Part shown: piece after piece, positions 27,730 through 43,900 of the stretch
Position numbering within the stretch: the stretch's first letter is position 1
Layout: each line of letters starts with the position of its first letter
Source of the DNA: Auanema rhodensis
Taxonomy: Eukaryota; Animalia; Nematoda
NCBI GenBank assembly: GCA_964057225.1
Contig: OZ059899.1
Coordinates: forward strand, 17,112,001 to 17,176,000
Length of the DNA: 64,000 nt
Reading direction: 5' to 3'
Notes under the pieces: model-generated
The model's input: the letters and a program-made list of their open reading frames with translations, nothing else
Databases searched by the model: none
What the model was told of the DNA's origin: nothing
Program-made: the position numbers and the translations under genes

Positions 27730-30700
27730 GCGCAAATCTGATAACACAGATCGACGCAGCTTACAAATCCGCATCGAATGCACTATACAACCTTGAGAAA
27801 CGCTTAATACAAAAATTAGTTATGATCGTTTGAAAAATGATGCATTAGTGTATGTTAAGTTTCCATGTACACTCAACATTGCTTCCAAAAACATTTTTAC
27901 AAAAATTTTTCCGAAAAATTTCAAAATAATTTCGCAAAAAGTAGATGTTTTTAGATTCCTTTTTTCAAGGCAAAGACGATGGACAATGTTATTCAACGAA
28001 AAAATTAATTCTCCAGGGTGAAAATCGAGGATGTAAGTGTGAGCTTATATCAGTTGATATCTCGGTGCATTTTTAAGCTAGCGCAAATCTGATAACACAG
28101 ATCGACGCAGCTTACAAATCCGCATCGAATGCACTATACAACATTGAGAAACGCTTAATACAAAAATTAGTTATGATCGTTTGAAAAAAGACGCATTAGT
28201 GTATGTTGAGTTTCCATGTACACTCAACATTGCTTCCAAAAACATTTTGACAAAAATTTTTTCGAAAAATTTCAGAATATTTTAGCAAAAAATAGTTGTT
28301 TCTAGATTCCTTTTTTTAACGCAAAGACGATGGACAATGTTATTCAACGAAAAAATTAATTCTGCAGGGTGAAAATCGAGGATATAAGTGTGAACTTATA
28401 TCAGTTGATATCTCGGTGAATTTTTAAGCTAGCGCAAATCTGATAACACAGATCGACGCAGCTTAAAAATCCGCATCGAATGCACTATACAACATTGAGA
28501 AACGCTTAATACAAAAATTAGTTATGATCGTTTGAAAAAAGACGCATTAGTGTATGTTGAGTTTCCATGTACACTCAACATTGCTTCCAAAAACATTTTG
28601 ACAAAAATTTTTTCGAAAAATTTCAAAATAATTTCGCAAAAAGTAGATGTTTTTAGATTCCTTTTTTCAAGGCAAAGACGATGGACAATGTTATTCAACG
28701 AAAAAATTAATTCTGCAGGGTGAAAATCGAGGATATAAGTGTGAACTTATATCAGTTGATATCTCGGTGCATTTTTAAGCTAGCGCAAATCTGATAACAC
28801 AGATCGACGCAGCTTAAAAATCCGCATCGAATGCACTATACAACATTGAGAAACGCTTAATACAAAAATTAGTTATGATCGTTTGAAAAAAGACGCATTA
28901 GTGTATGTTGAGTTTCCATGTACACTCAACATTGCTTCCAAAAACATTTTTACAAAAATTTTTCCGAAAAATTTCAAAATAATTTCGCAAAAAGTAGATG
29001 TTTTTAGATTCCTTTTTTCAAGGCAAAGACGATGGACAATGTTATTCAACGGAAAAATTAATTCTGCAGGGTGAAAATCGAGGATATAAGTGTGAACTTA
29101 TATCAGTTGATATCTCGGTGCATTTTTAAGCTAGCGCAAATCTGATAACACAGATCGACGCAGCTTAAAAATCCGCATCGAATGCACTATACAACATTGA
29201 GAAACGCTTAATACAAAAATTAGTTATGATCGTTTGAAAAATGATGCATTAGTGTATGTTGAGTTTCCATGTACACTCAACATTGCTTCCAAAAACATTT
29301 TTACAAAAATTTTTCCGAAAAATTTCGAAACAATTTCGCAAAAAGTAGATGTTTTTAGATTCCTTTTTTCAAGGCAAAGACGATGGACATTGTTATTCAA
29401 CGAAAAAATTAATTCTGCAGGGTGAAAATCGAGGATATAAGTGTGAACTTATATCAGTTGATATCTCGGTGAATTTTTAAGCTAGCGCAAATCTGATAAC
29501 ACAGATCGACGCAGCTTAAAAATCCGCATCGAATGCACTATACAACATTGAGAAACGCTTAATACAAAAATTAGTTATGATCGTTTGAAAAATGATGCAT
29601 TAGTGTATGTTGAGTTTCCATGTACACTCAACATTGCTTCCAAAAACATTTTTACAAAAATTTTTCCGAAAAATTTCAAAATAATTTCGCAAAAAGTAGA
29701 TGTTTTTAGATTCCTTTTTTCAAGGCAAAGACGATGGACAATGTTATTCAACGAAAAAATTAATTCTCCAGGGTGAAAATCGAGGATGTAAGTGTGAGCT
29801 TATATCAGTTGATATCTCGGTGCATTTTTAAGCTAGCGCAAATCTGATAACACAGATCGACGCAGCTTACAAATCCGCATCGAATGCACTATACAACATT
29901 GAGAAACGCTTAATACAAAAATTAATTATGATCGTTTGAAAAAAGACGCATTAGTGTATGTTGAGTTTCCATGTACACTCAACATTGCTTCCAAAAACAT
30001 TTTGACAAAAATTTTTTCGAAAAATTTCAGAATATTTTAGCAAAAAATAGTTGTTTTTAGATTCCTTTTTTTAACGCAAAGACGATGGACAATGTTATTC
30101 AACGAAAAAATTAATTCTGCAGGGTGAAAATCGAGGATATAAGTGTGAACTTATATCAGTTGATATCTCGGTGAATTTTTAAGCTAGCGCAAATCTGATA
30201 ACACAGATCGACGCAGCTTAAAAATCCGCATCGAATGCACTATACAACATTGAGAAACGCTTAATACAAAAATTAGTTATGATCGTTTGAAAAAAGACGC
30301 ATTAGTGTATGTTGAGTTTCCATGTACACTCAACATTGCTTCCAAAAACATTTTGACAAAAATTTTTTCGAAAAATTTCAAAATAATTTCGCAAAAAGTA
30401 GATGTTTTTAGATTCCTTTTTTCAAGGCAAAGACGATGGACAATGTTATTCAACGAAAAAATTAATTCTGCAGGGTGAAAATCGAGGATATAAGTGTGAA
30501 CTTATATCAGTTGATATCTCGGTGCATTTTTAAGCTAGCGCAAATCTGATAACACAGATCGACGCAGCTTAAAAATCCGCATCGAATGCACTATACAACA
30601 TTGAGAAACGCTTAATACAAAAATTAGTTATGATCGTTTGAAAAAAGACGCATTAGTGTATGTTGAGTTTCCATGTACACTCAACATTGCTTCCAAAAAC

Positions 30701-31941
30701 ATTTTTACAAAAATTTTTCCGAAAAATTTCAAAATAATTTCGCAAAAAGTAGATGTTTTTAGATTCCTTTTTTCAAGGCAAAGACGATGGACAATGTTAT
30801 TCAACGGAAAAATTAATTCTGCAGGGTGAAAATCGAGGATATAAGTGTGAACTTATATCAGTTGATATCTCGGTGCATTTTTAAGCTAGCGCAAATCTGA
30901 TAACACAGATCGACGCAGCTTAAAAATCCGCATCGAATGCACTATACAACATTGAGAAACGCTTAATACAAAAATTAGTTATGATCGTTTGAAAAATGAT
31001 GCATTAGTGTATGTTGAGTTTCCATGTACACTCAACATTGCTTCCAAAAACATTTTTACAAAAATTTTTCCGAAAAATTTCGAAACAATTTCGCAAAAAG
31101 TAGATGTTTTTAGATTCCTTTTTTCAAGGCAAAGACGATGGACATTGTTATTCAACGAAAAAATTAATTCTGCAGGGTGAAAATCGAGGATATAAGTGTG
31201 AACTTATATCAGTTGATATCTCGGTGAATTTTTAAGCTAGCGCAAATCTGATAACACAGATCGACGCAGCTTAAAAATCCGCATCGAATGCACTATACAA
31301 CATTGAGAAACGCTTAATACAAAAATTAGTTATGATCGTTTGAAAAAAGACGCATTAGTGTATGTTGAGTTTCCATGTACACTCAACATTGCTTCCAAAA
31401 ACATTTTTACAAAAATTTTTCCGAAAAATTTCAAAATAATTTCGCAAAAAGTAGATGTTTTTAGATTCCTTTTTTCAAGGCAAAGACGATGGACAATGTT
31501 ATTCAACGGAAAAATTAATTCTGCAGGGTGAAAATCGAGGATATAAGTGTGAACTTATATCAGTTGATATCTCGGTGCATTTTTAAGCTAGCGCAAATCT
31601 GATAACACAGATCGACGCAGCTTAAAAATCCGCATCGAATGCACTATACAACATTGAGAAACGCTTAATACAAAAATTAGTTATGATCGTTTGAAAAATG
31701 ATGCATTAGTGTATGTTGAGTTTCCATGTACACTCAACATTGCTTCCAAAAACATTTTTACAAAAATTTTTCCGAAAAATTTCGAAACAATTTCGCAAAA
31801 AGTAGATGTTTTTAGATTCCTTTTTTCAAGGCAAAGACGATGGACATTGTTATTCAACGAAAAAATTAATTCTGCAGGGTGAAAATCGAGGATATAAGTG
31901 TGAACTTATATCAGTTGATATCTCGGTGAATTTTTAAGCTA
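27730..31941. repeat. 5-mer (1755-bp) duplication followed by a 2-mer (702-bp) duplication
   Basis: ORF variant pairs 28532/30287, 28883/30638 and 29234/30989, stop-type monomers 28181/29936, and an FETI-type monomer again at 31691 (+702). Confidence 0.82.
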
Positions 31942-34900
31942 GCGCAAATCTGATAACACAGATCGACGCAGCTTAAAAATCCGCATCGAATGCACTATAC
32001 AACATTGAGAAACGCTTAATACAAAAATTAGTTATGATCGTTTGAAAAAAGACGCATTAGTGTATGTTGAGTTTCCATGTACACTCAACATTGCTTCCAA
32101 AAACATTTTTACAAAAATTTTTCCGAAAAATTTCAAAATAATTTCGCAAAAAGTAGATGTTTTTAGATTCCTTTTTTCAAGGCAAAGACGATGGACAATG
32201 TTATTCAACGGAAAAATTAATTCTGCAGGGTGAAAATCGAGGATATAAGTGTGAACTTATATCAGTTGATATCTCGGTGCATTTTTAAGCTTGCGCAAAT
32301 CTGATAACACAGATCGACGCAGCTTAAAAATCCGCATCGAATGCACTATACAACATTGAGAAACGCTTAATACAAAAATTAGTTATGATCGTTTGAAAAA
32401 AGACGCATTAGTGTATGTTGAGTTTCCATGTACACTCAACATTGCTTCCAAAAACATTTTTACAAAAATTTTTCCGAAAAATTTCAAAATAATTTCGCAA
32501 AAAGTAGATGTTTTTAGATTCCTTTTTTCAAGGCAAAGACGATGGACAATGTTATTCAACGGAAAAATTAATTCTGCAGGGTGAAAATCGAGGATATAAG
32601 TGTGAACTTATATCAGTTGATATCTCGGTGCATTTTTAAGCTTGCGCAAATCTGATAACACAGATCGACGCAGCTTAAAAATCCGCATCGAATGCACTAT
32701 ACAACATTGAGAAACGCTTAATACAAAAATTAGTTATGATCGTTTGAAAAAAGACGCATTAGTGTATGTTGAGTTTCCATGTACACTCAACATTGCTTCC
32801 AAAAACATTTTTACAAAAATTTTTCCGAAAAATTTCAAAATAATTTCGCAAAAAGTAGATGTTTTTAGATTCCTTTTTTCAAGGCAAAGACGATGGACAA
32901 TGTTATTCAACGGAAAAACTAATTCTGCAGGGTGAAAATCGAGGATATAAGTGTGAACTTATATCAGTTGATATCTCGGTGCATTTTTAAGCTAGCGCAA
33001 ATCTGATAACACAGATCGACGCAGCTTAAAAATCCGCATCGAATGCACTATACAACATTGAGAAACGCTTAATACAAAAATTAGTTATGATCGTTTGAAA
33101 AAAGACGCATTAGTGTATGTTGAGTTTCCATGTACACTCAACATTGCTTCCAAAAACATTTTGACAAAAATTTTTTCGAAAAATTTCAAAATAATTTCGC
33201 AAAAAGTAGATGTTTTTAGATTCCTTTTTTCAAGGCAAAGACGATGGACAATGTTATTCAACGGAAAAATTAATTCTGCAGGGTGAAAATCGAGGATATA
33301 AGTGTGAACTTATATCAGTTGATATCTCGGTGCATTTTTAAGCTTGCGCAAATCTGATAACACAGATCGACGCAGCTTAAAAATCCGCATCGAATGCACT
33401 ATACAACATTGAGAAACGCTTAATACAAAAATTAGTTATGATCGTTTGAAAAAAGACGCATTAGTGTATGTTGAGTTTCCATGTACACTCAACATTGCTT
33501 CCAAAAACATTTTTACAAAAATTTTTCCGAAAAATTTCAAAATAATTTCGCAAAAAGTAGATGTTTTTAGATTCCTTTTTTCAAGGCAAAGACGATGGAC
33601 AATGTTATTCAACGGAAAAATTAATTCTGCAGGGTGAAAATCGAGGATATAAGTGTGAACTTATATCAGTTGATATCTCGGTGCATTTTTAAGCTTGCGC
33701 AAATCTGATAACACAGATCGACGCAGCTTAAAAATCCGCATCGAATGCACTATACAACATTGAGAAACGCTTAATACAAAAATTAGTTATGATCGTTTGA
33801 AAAAAGACGCATTAGTGTATGTTGAGTTTCCATGTACACTCAACATTGCTTCCAAAAACATTTTTACAAAAATTTTTCCGAAAAATTTCAAAATAATTTC
33901 GCAAAAAGTAGATGTTTTTAGATTCCTTTTTTCAAGGCAAAGACGATGGACAATGTTATTCAACGGAAAAATTAATTCTGCAGGGTGAAAATCGAGGATA
34001 TAAGTGTGAACTTATATCAGTTGATATCTCGGTGCATTTTTAAGCTTGCGCAAATCTGATAACACAGATCGACGCAGCTTAAAAATCCGCATCGAATGCA
34101 CTATACAACATTGAGAAACGCTTAATACAAAAATTAGTTATGATCGTTTGAAAAAAGACGCATTAGTGTATGTTGAGTTTCCATGTACACTCAACATTGC
34201 TTCCAAAAACATTTTTACAAAAATTTTTCCGAAAAATTTCAAAATAATTTCGCAAAAAGTAGATGTTTTTAGATTCCTTTTTTCAAGGCAAAGACGATGG
34301 ACAATGTTATTCAACGGAAAAACTAATTCTGCAGGGTGAAAATCGAGGATATAAGTGTGAACTTATATCAGTTGATATCTCGGTGCATTTTTAAGCTAGC
34401 GCAAATCTGATAACACAGATCGACGCAGCTTAAAAATCCGCATCGAATGCACTATACAACATTGAGAAACGCTTAATACAAAAATTAGTTATGATCGTTT
34501 GAAAAAAGACGCATTAGTGTATGTTGAGTTTCCATGTACACTCAACATTGCTTCCAAAAACATTTTGACAAAAATTTTTTCGAAAAATTTCAAAATAATT
34601 TCGCAAAAAGTAGATGTTTTTAGATTCCTTTTTTCAAGGCAAAGACGATGGACAATGTTATTCAACGGAAAAATTAATTCTGCAGGGTGAAAATCGAGGA
34701 TATAAGTGTGAACTTATATCAGTTGATATCTCGGTGCATTTTTAAGCTTGCGCAAATCTGATAACACAGATCGACGCAGCTTAAAAATCCGCATCGAATG
34801 CACTATACAACATTGAGTAACGCTTAATACAAAAATTAGTTATGATCGTTTGAAAAAAGACGCATTAGTGTATGTTGAGTTTCCATGTACACTCAACATT

Positions 34901-37900
34901 GCTTCCAAAAACATTTTTACAAAAATTTTTCCGAAAAATTTCAAAATAATTTCGCAAAAAGTAGATGTTTTTAGATTCCTTTTTTCAAGGCAAAGACGAT
35001 GGACAATGTTATTCAACGGAAAAATTAATTCTGCAGGGTGAAAATCGAGGATATAAGTGTGAACTTATATCAGTTGATATCTCGGTGCATTTTTAAGCTA
35101 GCGCAAATCTGGTAACACAGATCGACGCAGCTTAAAAATCCGCATCGAATGCACTATACAACATTGAGAAACGCTTAATACAAAAATTAGTTATGATCGT
35201 TTGAAAAATGATGCATTAGTGTATGTTGAGTTTCCATGTACACTCAACATTGCTTCCAAAAACATTTTTACAAAAATTTTTCCGAAAAATTTCGAAATAA
35301 TTTCGCAAAAAGTAGATGTTTTTAGATTCCTTTTTTCAAGGCAAAGACGATGGACATTGTTATTCAACGAAAAAATTAATTCTGCAGGGTGAAAATCGAG
35401 GATATAAGTGTGAACTTATATCAGTTGATATCTCGGTGCATTTTTAAGCTAGCGCAAATCTGATAACACAGATCGACGCAGCTTAAAAATCCGCATCGAA
35501 TGCATTATACAACATTGAGAAACGCTTAATACAAAAATTAGTTATGATCGTTTGAAAAATGATGCATTAGTGTATGTTGAGTTTCCATGTACACTCAACA
35601 TTGCTTCCAAAAACATTTTTACAAAAATTTTTCCGAAAAATTTCGAAACAATTTCGCAAAAAGTAGATGTTTTTAGATTCTTTTTTTCAAGGCAAAGACG
35701 ATGGACATTGTTATTCAACGAAAAAATTAATTCTGCAGGGTGAAAATCGAGGATATAAGTGTGAACTTATATCAGTTGATATCTCGGTGCATTTTTAAGC
35801 TAGCGCAAATCTGATAACACAGATCGACGCAGTTTAAAAATCCGCATCGAATGCACTATACTACAATGAGAAACGCTTAATACAAAAATTAGTTATGATC
35901 GTTTGAAAAATGATGCATTAGTGTATGTTGAGTTTCCATGTACACTCAACATTGCTTCCAAAAACATTTTTACAAAAATTTTTCCGAAAAATTTCAAAAT
36001 AATTTCGCAAAAAGTAGATGTTTTTAGATTCCTTTTTTCAAGGCAAAGACGATGGACAATGTTATTCAACGAAAAAATTAATTCTCCAGGGTGAAAATCG
36101 AGGATGTAAGTGTGAGCTTATATCAGTTGATATCTCGGTGCATTTTTAAGCTAGCGCAAATCTGATAACACAGATCGACGCAGCTTACAAATCCGCATCG
36201 AATGCACTATACTACATTGAGAAACGCTTAATACAAAAATTAGTTATGATCGTTTGAAAAAAGACGCATTAGTGTATGTTGAGTTTCCATGTACACTCAA
36301 CATTGCTTCCAAAAACATTTTGACAAAAATTTTTTCGAAAAATTTCAGAATATTTTAGCAAAAAATAGTTGTTTTTAGATTCCTTTTTTCAAGGCAAAGA
36401 CGATGGACAATGTTATTCAACGAAAAAATTAATTCTGCCGGGTGAAAATCGAGGATATAAGTGTGAACTTATATCAGTTGATATCTCGGTGAATTTTTAA
36501 GCTAGCGCAAATCTGATAAAACAGATCGACGCAGTTTAAAAATCCGCATCGAATGCACTATACAACATTGAGAAACGCTTAATACAAAAATTAGTTATGA
36601 TCGTTTGAAAAAAGACGCATTAGTGTATGTTGAGTTTCCATGTACACTCAACATTGCTTCCAAAAACATTTTGACAAAAATTTTTTCGAAAAATTTCAGA
36701 ATATTTTAGCAAAAAATAGTTGTTTTTAGATTCCTTTTTTCAAGGCAAAGACGATGGACAATGTTATTCAACGAAAAAATTAATTCTGCAGGGTGAAAAT
36801 CGAGGATATAAGTGTGAACTTATATCAGTTGATATCTCGGTGCATTTTTAAGCTAGCGCAAATCTGATAACACAGATCGACGCAGCTTAAAAATCCGCAT
36901 CGAATGCACTATACAACATTGAGAAACGCTTAATACAAAAATTAGTTATGATCGTTTGAAAAAAGACGCATTAGTGTATGTTGAGTTTCCATGTACACTC
37001 AACATTGCTTCCAAAAACATTTTTACAAAAATTTTTCCGAAAAATTTCAAAATAATTTCGCAAAAAGTAGATGTTTTTAGATTCCTTTTTTCAAGGCAAA
37101 GACGATGGACAATGTTATTCAACGGAAAAATTAATTCTGCAGGGTGAAAATCGAGGATATAAGTGTGAACTTATATCAGTTGATATCTCGGTGCATTTTT
37201 AAGCTTGCGCAAATCTGATAACACAGATCGACGCAGCTTAAAAATCCGCATCGAATGCACTATACAACATTGAGAAACGCTTAATACAAAAATTAGTTAT
37301 GATCGTTTGAAAAAAGACGCATTAGTGTATGTTGAGTTTCCATGTACACTCAACATTGCTTCCAAAAACATTTTGACAAAAATTTTTTCGAAAAATTTCA
37401 AAATAATTTCGCAAAAAGTAGATGTTTTTAGATTCCTTTTTTCAAGGCAAAGACGATGGACAATGTTATTCAACGGAAAAATTAATTCTGCAGGGTGAAA
37501 ATCGAGGATATAAGTGTGAACTTATATCAGTTGATATCTCGGTGCATTTTTAAGCTTGCGCAAATCTGATAACACAGATCGACGCAGCTTAAAAATCCGC
37601 ATCGAATGCACTATACAACATTGAGTAACGCTTAATACAAAAATTAGTTATGATCGTTTGAAAAAAGACGCATTAGTGTATGTTGAGTTTCCATGTACAC
37701 TCAACATTGCTTCCAAAAACATTTTTACAAAAATTTTTCCGAAAAATTTCAAAATAATTTCGCAAAAAGTAGATGTTTTTAGATTCCTTTTTTCAAGGCA
37801 AAGACGATGGACAATGTTATTCAACGGAAAAATTAATTCTGCAGGGTGAAAATCGAGGATATAAGTGTGAACTTATATCAGTTGATATCTCGGTGCATTT

Positions 37901-40900
37901 TTAAGCTTGCGCAAATCTGATAACACAGATCGACGCAGCTTAAAAATCCGCATCGAATGCACTATACAACATTGAGAAACGCTTAATACAAAAATTAGTT
38001 ATGATCGTTTGAAAAAAGACGCATTAGTGTATGTTGAGTTTCCATGTACACTCAACATTGCTTCCAAAAACATTTTTACAAAAATTTTTCCGAAAAATTT
38101 CAAAATAATTTCGCAAAAAGTAGATGTTTTTAGATTCCTTTTTTCAAGGCAAAGACGATGGACAATGTTATTCAACGTAAAAATTAATTCTGCAGGGTGA
38201 AAATCGAGGATATAAGTGTGAACTTATATCAGTTGATATCTCGGTGCATTTTTAAGCTTGCGCAAATCTGATAACACAGATCGACGCAGCTTAAAAATCC
38301 GCATCGAATGCACTATACAACATTGAGAAACGCTTAATACAAAAATTAGTTATGATCGTTTGAAAAAAGACGCATTAGTGTATGTTGAGTTTCCATGTAC
38401 ACTCAACATTGCTTCCAAAAACATTTTTACAAAAATTTTTCCGAAAAATTTCAAAATAATTTCGCAAAAAGTAGATGTTTTTAGATTCCTTTTTTCAAGG
38501 CAAAGACGATGGACAATGTTATTCAACGGAAAAACTAATTCTGCAGGGTGAAAATCGAGGATATAAGTGTGAACTTATATCAGTTGATATCTCGGTGCAT
38601 TTTTAAGCTAGCGCAAATCTGATAACACAGATCGACGCAGCTTAAAAATCCGCATCGAATGCACTATACAACATTGAGAAACGCTTAATACAAAAATTAG
38701 TTATGATCGTTTGAAAAAAGACGCATTAGTGTATGTTGAGTTTCCATGTACACTCAACATTGCTTCCAAAAACATTTTGACAAAAATTTTTTCGAAAAAT
38801 TTCAAAATAATTTCGCAAAAAGTAGATGTTTTTAGATTCCTTTTTTCAAGGCAAAGACGATGGACAATGTTATTCAACGGAAAAATTAATTCTGCAGGGT
38901 GAAAATCGAGGATATAAGTGTGAACTTATATCAGTTGATATCTCGGTGCATTTTTAAGCTTGCGCAAATCTGATAACACAGATCGACGCAGCTTAAAAAT
39001 CCGCATCGAATGCACTATACAACATTGAGAAACGCTTAATACAAAAATTAGTTATGATCGTTTGAAAAAAGACGCATTAGTGTATGTTGAGTTTCCATGT
39101 ACACTCAACATTGCTTCCAAAAACATTTTTACAAAAATTTTTCCGAAAAATTTCAAAATAATTTCGCAAAAAGTAGATGTTTTTAGATTCCTTTTTTCAA
39201 GGCAAAGACGATGGACAATGTTATTCAACGGAAAAATTAATTCTGCAGGGTGAAAATCGAGGATATAAGTGTGAACTTATATCAGTTGATATCTCGGTGC
39301 ATTTTTAAGCTTGCGCAAATCTGATAACACAGATCGACGCAGCTTAAAAATCCGCATCGAATGCACTATACAACATTGAGAAACGCTTAATACAAAAATT
39401 AGTTATGATCGTTTGAAAAAAGACGCATTAGTGTATGTTGAGTTTCCATGTACACTCAACATTGCTTCCAAAAACATTTTTACAAAAATTTTTCCGAAAA
39501 ATTTCAAAATAATTTCGCAAAAAGTAGATGTTTTTAGATTCCTTTTTTCAAGGCAAAGACGATGGACAATGTTATTCAACGGAAAAATTAATTCTGCAGG
39601 GTGAAAATCGAGGATATAAGTGTGAACTTATATCAGTTGATATCTCGGTGCATTTTTAAGCTTGCGCAAATCTGATAACACAGATCGACGCAGCTTAAAA
39701 ATCCGCATCGAATGCACTATACAACATTGAGAAACGCTTAATACAAAAATTAGTTATGATCGTTTGAAAAAAGACGCATTAGTGTATGTTGAGTTTCCAT
39801 GTACACTCAACATTGCTTCCAAAAACATTTTTACAAAAATTTTTCCGAAAAATTTCAAAATAATTTCGCAAAAAGTAGATGTTTTTAGATTCCTTTTTTC
39901 AAGGCAAAGACGATGGACAATGTTATTCAACGGAAAAACTAATTCTGCAGGGTGAAAATCGAGGATATAAGTGTGAACTTATATCAGTTGATATCTCGGT
40001 GCATTTTTAAGCTAGCGCAAATCTGATAACACAGATCGACGCAGCTTAAAAATCCGCATCGAATGCACTATACAACATTGAGAAACGCTTAATACAAAAA
40101 TTAGTTATGATCGTTTGAAAAAAGACGCATTAGTGTATGTTGAGTTTCCATGTACACTCAACATTGCTTCCAAAAACATTTTGACAAAAATTTTTTCGAA
40201 AAATTTCAAAATAATTTCGCAAAAAGTAGATGTTTTTAGATTCCTTTTTTCAAGGCAAAGACGATGGACAATGTTATTCAACGGAAAAATTAATTCTGCA
40301 GGGTGAAAATCGAGGATATAAGTGTGAACTTATATCAGTTGATATCTCGGTGCATTTTTAAGCTTGCGCAAATCTGATAACACAGATCGACGCAGCTTAA
40401 AAATCCGCATCGAATGCACTATACAACATTGAGTAACGCTTAATACAAAAATTAGTTATGATCGTTTGAAAAAAGACGCATTAGTGTATGTTGAGTTTCC
40501 ATGTACACTCAACATTGCTTCCAAAAACATTTTTACAAAAATTTTTCCGAAAAATTTCAAAATAATTTCGCAAAAAGTAGATGTTTTTAGATTCCTTTTT
40601 TCAAGGCAAAGACGATGGACAATGTTATTCAACGGAAAAATTAATTCTGCAGGGTGAAAATCGAGGATATAAGTGTGAACTTATATCAGTTGATATCTCG
40701 GTGCATTTTTAAGCTTGCGCAAATCTGATAACACAGATCGACGCAGCTTAAAAATCCGCATCGAATGCACTATACAACATTGAGAAACGCTTAATACAAA
40801 AATTAGTTATGATCGTTTGAAAAAAGACGCATTAGTGTATGTTGAGTTTCCATGTACACTCAACATTGCTTCCAAAAACATTTTTACAAAAATTTTTCCG

Positions 40901-43900
40901 AAAAATTTCAAAATAATTTCGCAAAAAGTAGATGTTTTTAGATTCCTTTTTTCAAGGCAAAGACGATGGACAATGTTATTCAACGGAAAAATTAATTCTG
41001 CAGGGTGAAAATCGAGGATATAAGTGTGAACTTATATCAGTTGATATCTCGGTGCATTTTTAAGCTTGCGCAAATCTGATAACACAGATCGACGCAGCTT
41101 AAAAATCCGCATCGAATGCACTATACAACATTGAGAAACGCTTAATACAAAAATTAGTTATGATCGTTTGAAAAAAGACGCATTAGTGTATGTTGAGTTT
41201 CCATGTACACTCAACATTGCTTCCAAAAACATTTTTACAAAAATTTTTCCGAAAAATTTCAAAATAATTTCGCAAAAAGTAGATGTTTTTAGATTCCTTT
41301 TTTCAAGGCAAAGACGATGGACAATGTTATTCAACGGAAAAACTAATTCTGCAGGGTGAAAATCGAGGATATAAGTGTGAACTTATATCAGTTGATATCT
41401 CGGTGCATTTTTAAGCTAGCGCAAATCTGATAACACAGATCGACGCAGCTTAAAAATCCGCATCGAATGCACTATACAACATTGAGAAACGCTTAATACA
41501 AAAATTAGTTATGATCGTTTGAAAAAAGACGCATTAGTGTATGTTGAGTTTCCATGTACACTCAACATTGCTTCCAAAAACATTTTGACAAAAATTTTTT
41601 CGAAAAATTTCAAAATAATTTCGCAAAAAGTAGATGTTTTTAGATTCCTTTTTTCAAGGCAAAGACGATGGACAATGTTATTCAACGGAAAAATTAATTC
41701 TGCAGGGTGAAAATCGAGGATATAAGTGTGAACTTATATCAGTTGATATCTCGGTGCATTTTTAAGCTTGCGCAAATCTGATAACACAGATCGACGCAGC
41801 TTAAAAATCCGCATCGAATGCACTATACAACATTGAGTAACGCTTAATACAAAAATTAGTTATGATCGTTTGAAAAAAGACGCATTAGTGTATGTTGAGT
41901 TTCCATGTACACTCAACATTGCTTCCAAAAACATTTTTACAAAAATTTTTCCGAAAAATTTCAAAATAATTTCGCAAAAAGTAGATGTTTTTAGATTCCT
42001 TTTTTCAAGGCAAAGACGATGGACAATGTTATTCAACGGAAAAATTAATTCTGCAGGGTGAAAATCGAGGATATAAGTGTGAACTTATATCAGTTGATAT
42101 CTCGGTGCATTTTTAAGCTAGCGCAAATCTGGTAACACAGATCGACGCAGCTTAAAAATCCGCATCGAATGCACTATACAACATTGAGAAACGCTTAATA
42201 CAAAAATTAGTTATGATCGTTTGAAAAATGATGCATTAGTGTATGTTGAGTTTCCATGTACACTCAACATTGCTTCCAAAAACATTTTTACAAAAATTTT
42301 TCCGAAAAATTTCGAAATAATTTCGCAAAAAGTAGATGTTTTTAGATTCCTTTTTTCAAGGCAAAGACGATGGACATTGTTATTCAACGAAAAAATTAAT
42401 TCTGCAGGGTGAAAATCGAGGATATAAGTGTGAACTTATATCAGTTGATATCTCGGTGCATTTTTAAGCTAGCGCAAATCTGATAACACAGATCGACGCA
42501 GCTTAAAAATCCGCATCGAATGCATTATACAACATTGAGAAACGCTTAATACAAAAATTAGTTATGATCGTTTGAAAAATGATGCATTAGTGTATGTTGA
42601 GTTTCCATGTACACTCAACATTGCTTCCAAAAACATTTTTACAAAAATTTTTCCGAAAAATTTCGAAACAATTTCGCAAAAAGTAGATGTTTTTAGATTC
42701 TTTTTTTCAAGGCAAAGACGATGGACATTGTTATTCAACGAAAAAATTAATTCTGCAGGGTGAAAATCGAGGATATAAGTGTGAACTTATATCAGTTGAT
42801 ATCTCGGTGCATTTTTAAGCTAGCGCAAATCTGATAACACAGATCGACGCAGTTTAAAAATCCGCATCGAATGCACTATACTACAATGAGAAACGCTTAA
42901 TACAAAAATTAGTTATGATCGTTTGAAAAATGATGCATTAGTGTATGTTGAGTTTCCATGTACACTCAACATTGCTTCCAAAAACATTTTTACAAAAATT
43001 TTTCCGAAAAATTTCAAAATAATTTCGCAAAAAGTAGATGTTTTTAGATTCCTTTTTTCAAGGCAAAGACGATGGACAATGTTATTCAACGAAAAAATTA
43101 ATTCTCCAGGGTGAAAATCGAGGATGTAAGTGTGAGCTTATATCAGTTGATATCTCGGTGCATTTTTAAGCTAGCGCAAATCTGATAACACAGATCGACG
43201 CAGCTTACAAATCCGCATCGAATGCACTATACTACATTGAGAAACGCTTAATACAAAAATTAGTTATGATCGTTTGAAAAAAGACGCATTAGTGTATGTT
43301 GAGTTTCCATGTACACTCAACATTGCTTCCAAAAACATTTTGACAAAAATTTTTTCGAAAAATTTCAGAATATTTTAGCAAAAAATAGTTGTTTTTAGAT
43401 TCCTTTTTTCAAGGCAAAGACGATGGACAATGTTATTCAACGAAAAAATTAATTCTGCCGGGTGAAAATCGAGGATATAAGTGTGAACTTATATCAGTTG
43501 ATATCTCGGTGAATTTTTAAGCTAGCGCAAATCTGATAAAACAGATCGACGCAGTTTAAAAATCCGCATCGAATGCACTATACAACATTGAGAAACGCTT
43601 AATACAAAAATTAGTTATGATCGTTTGAAAAAAGACGCATTAGTGTATGTTGAGTTTCCATGTACACTCAACATTGCTTCCAAAAACATTTTGACAAAAA
43701 TTTTTTCGAAAAATTTCAGAATATTTTAGCAAAAAATAGTTGTTTTTAGATTCCTTTTTTCAAGGCAAAGACGATGGACAATGTTATTCAACGAAAAAAT
43801 TAATTCTGCAGGGTGAAAATCGAGGATATAAGTGTGAACTTATATCAGTTGATATCTCGGTGCATTTTTAAGCTAGCGCAAATCTGATAACACAGATCGA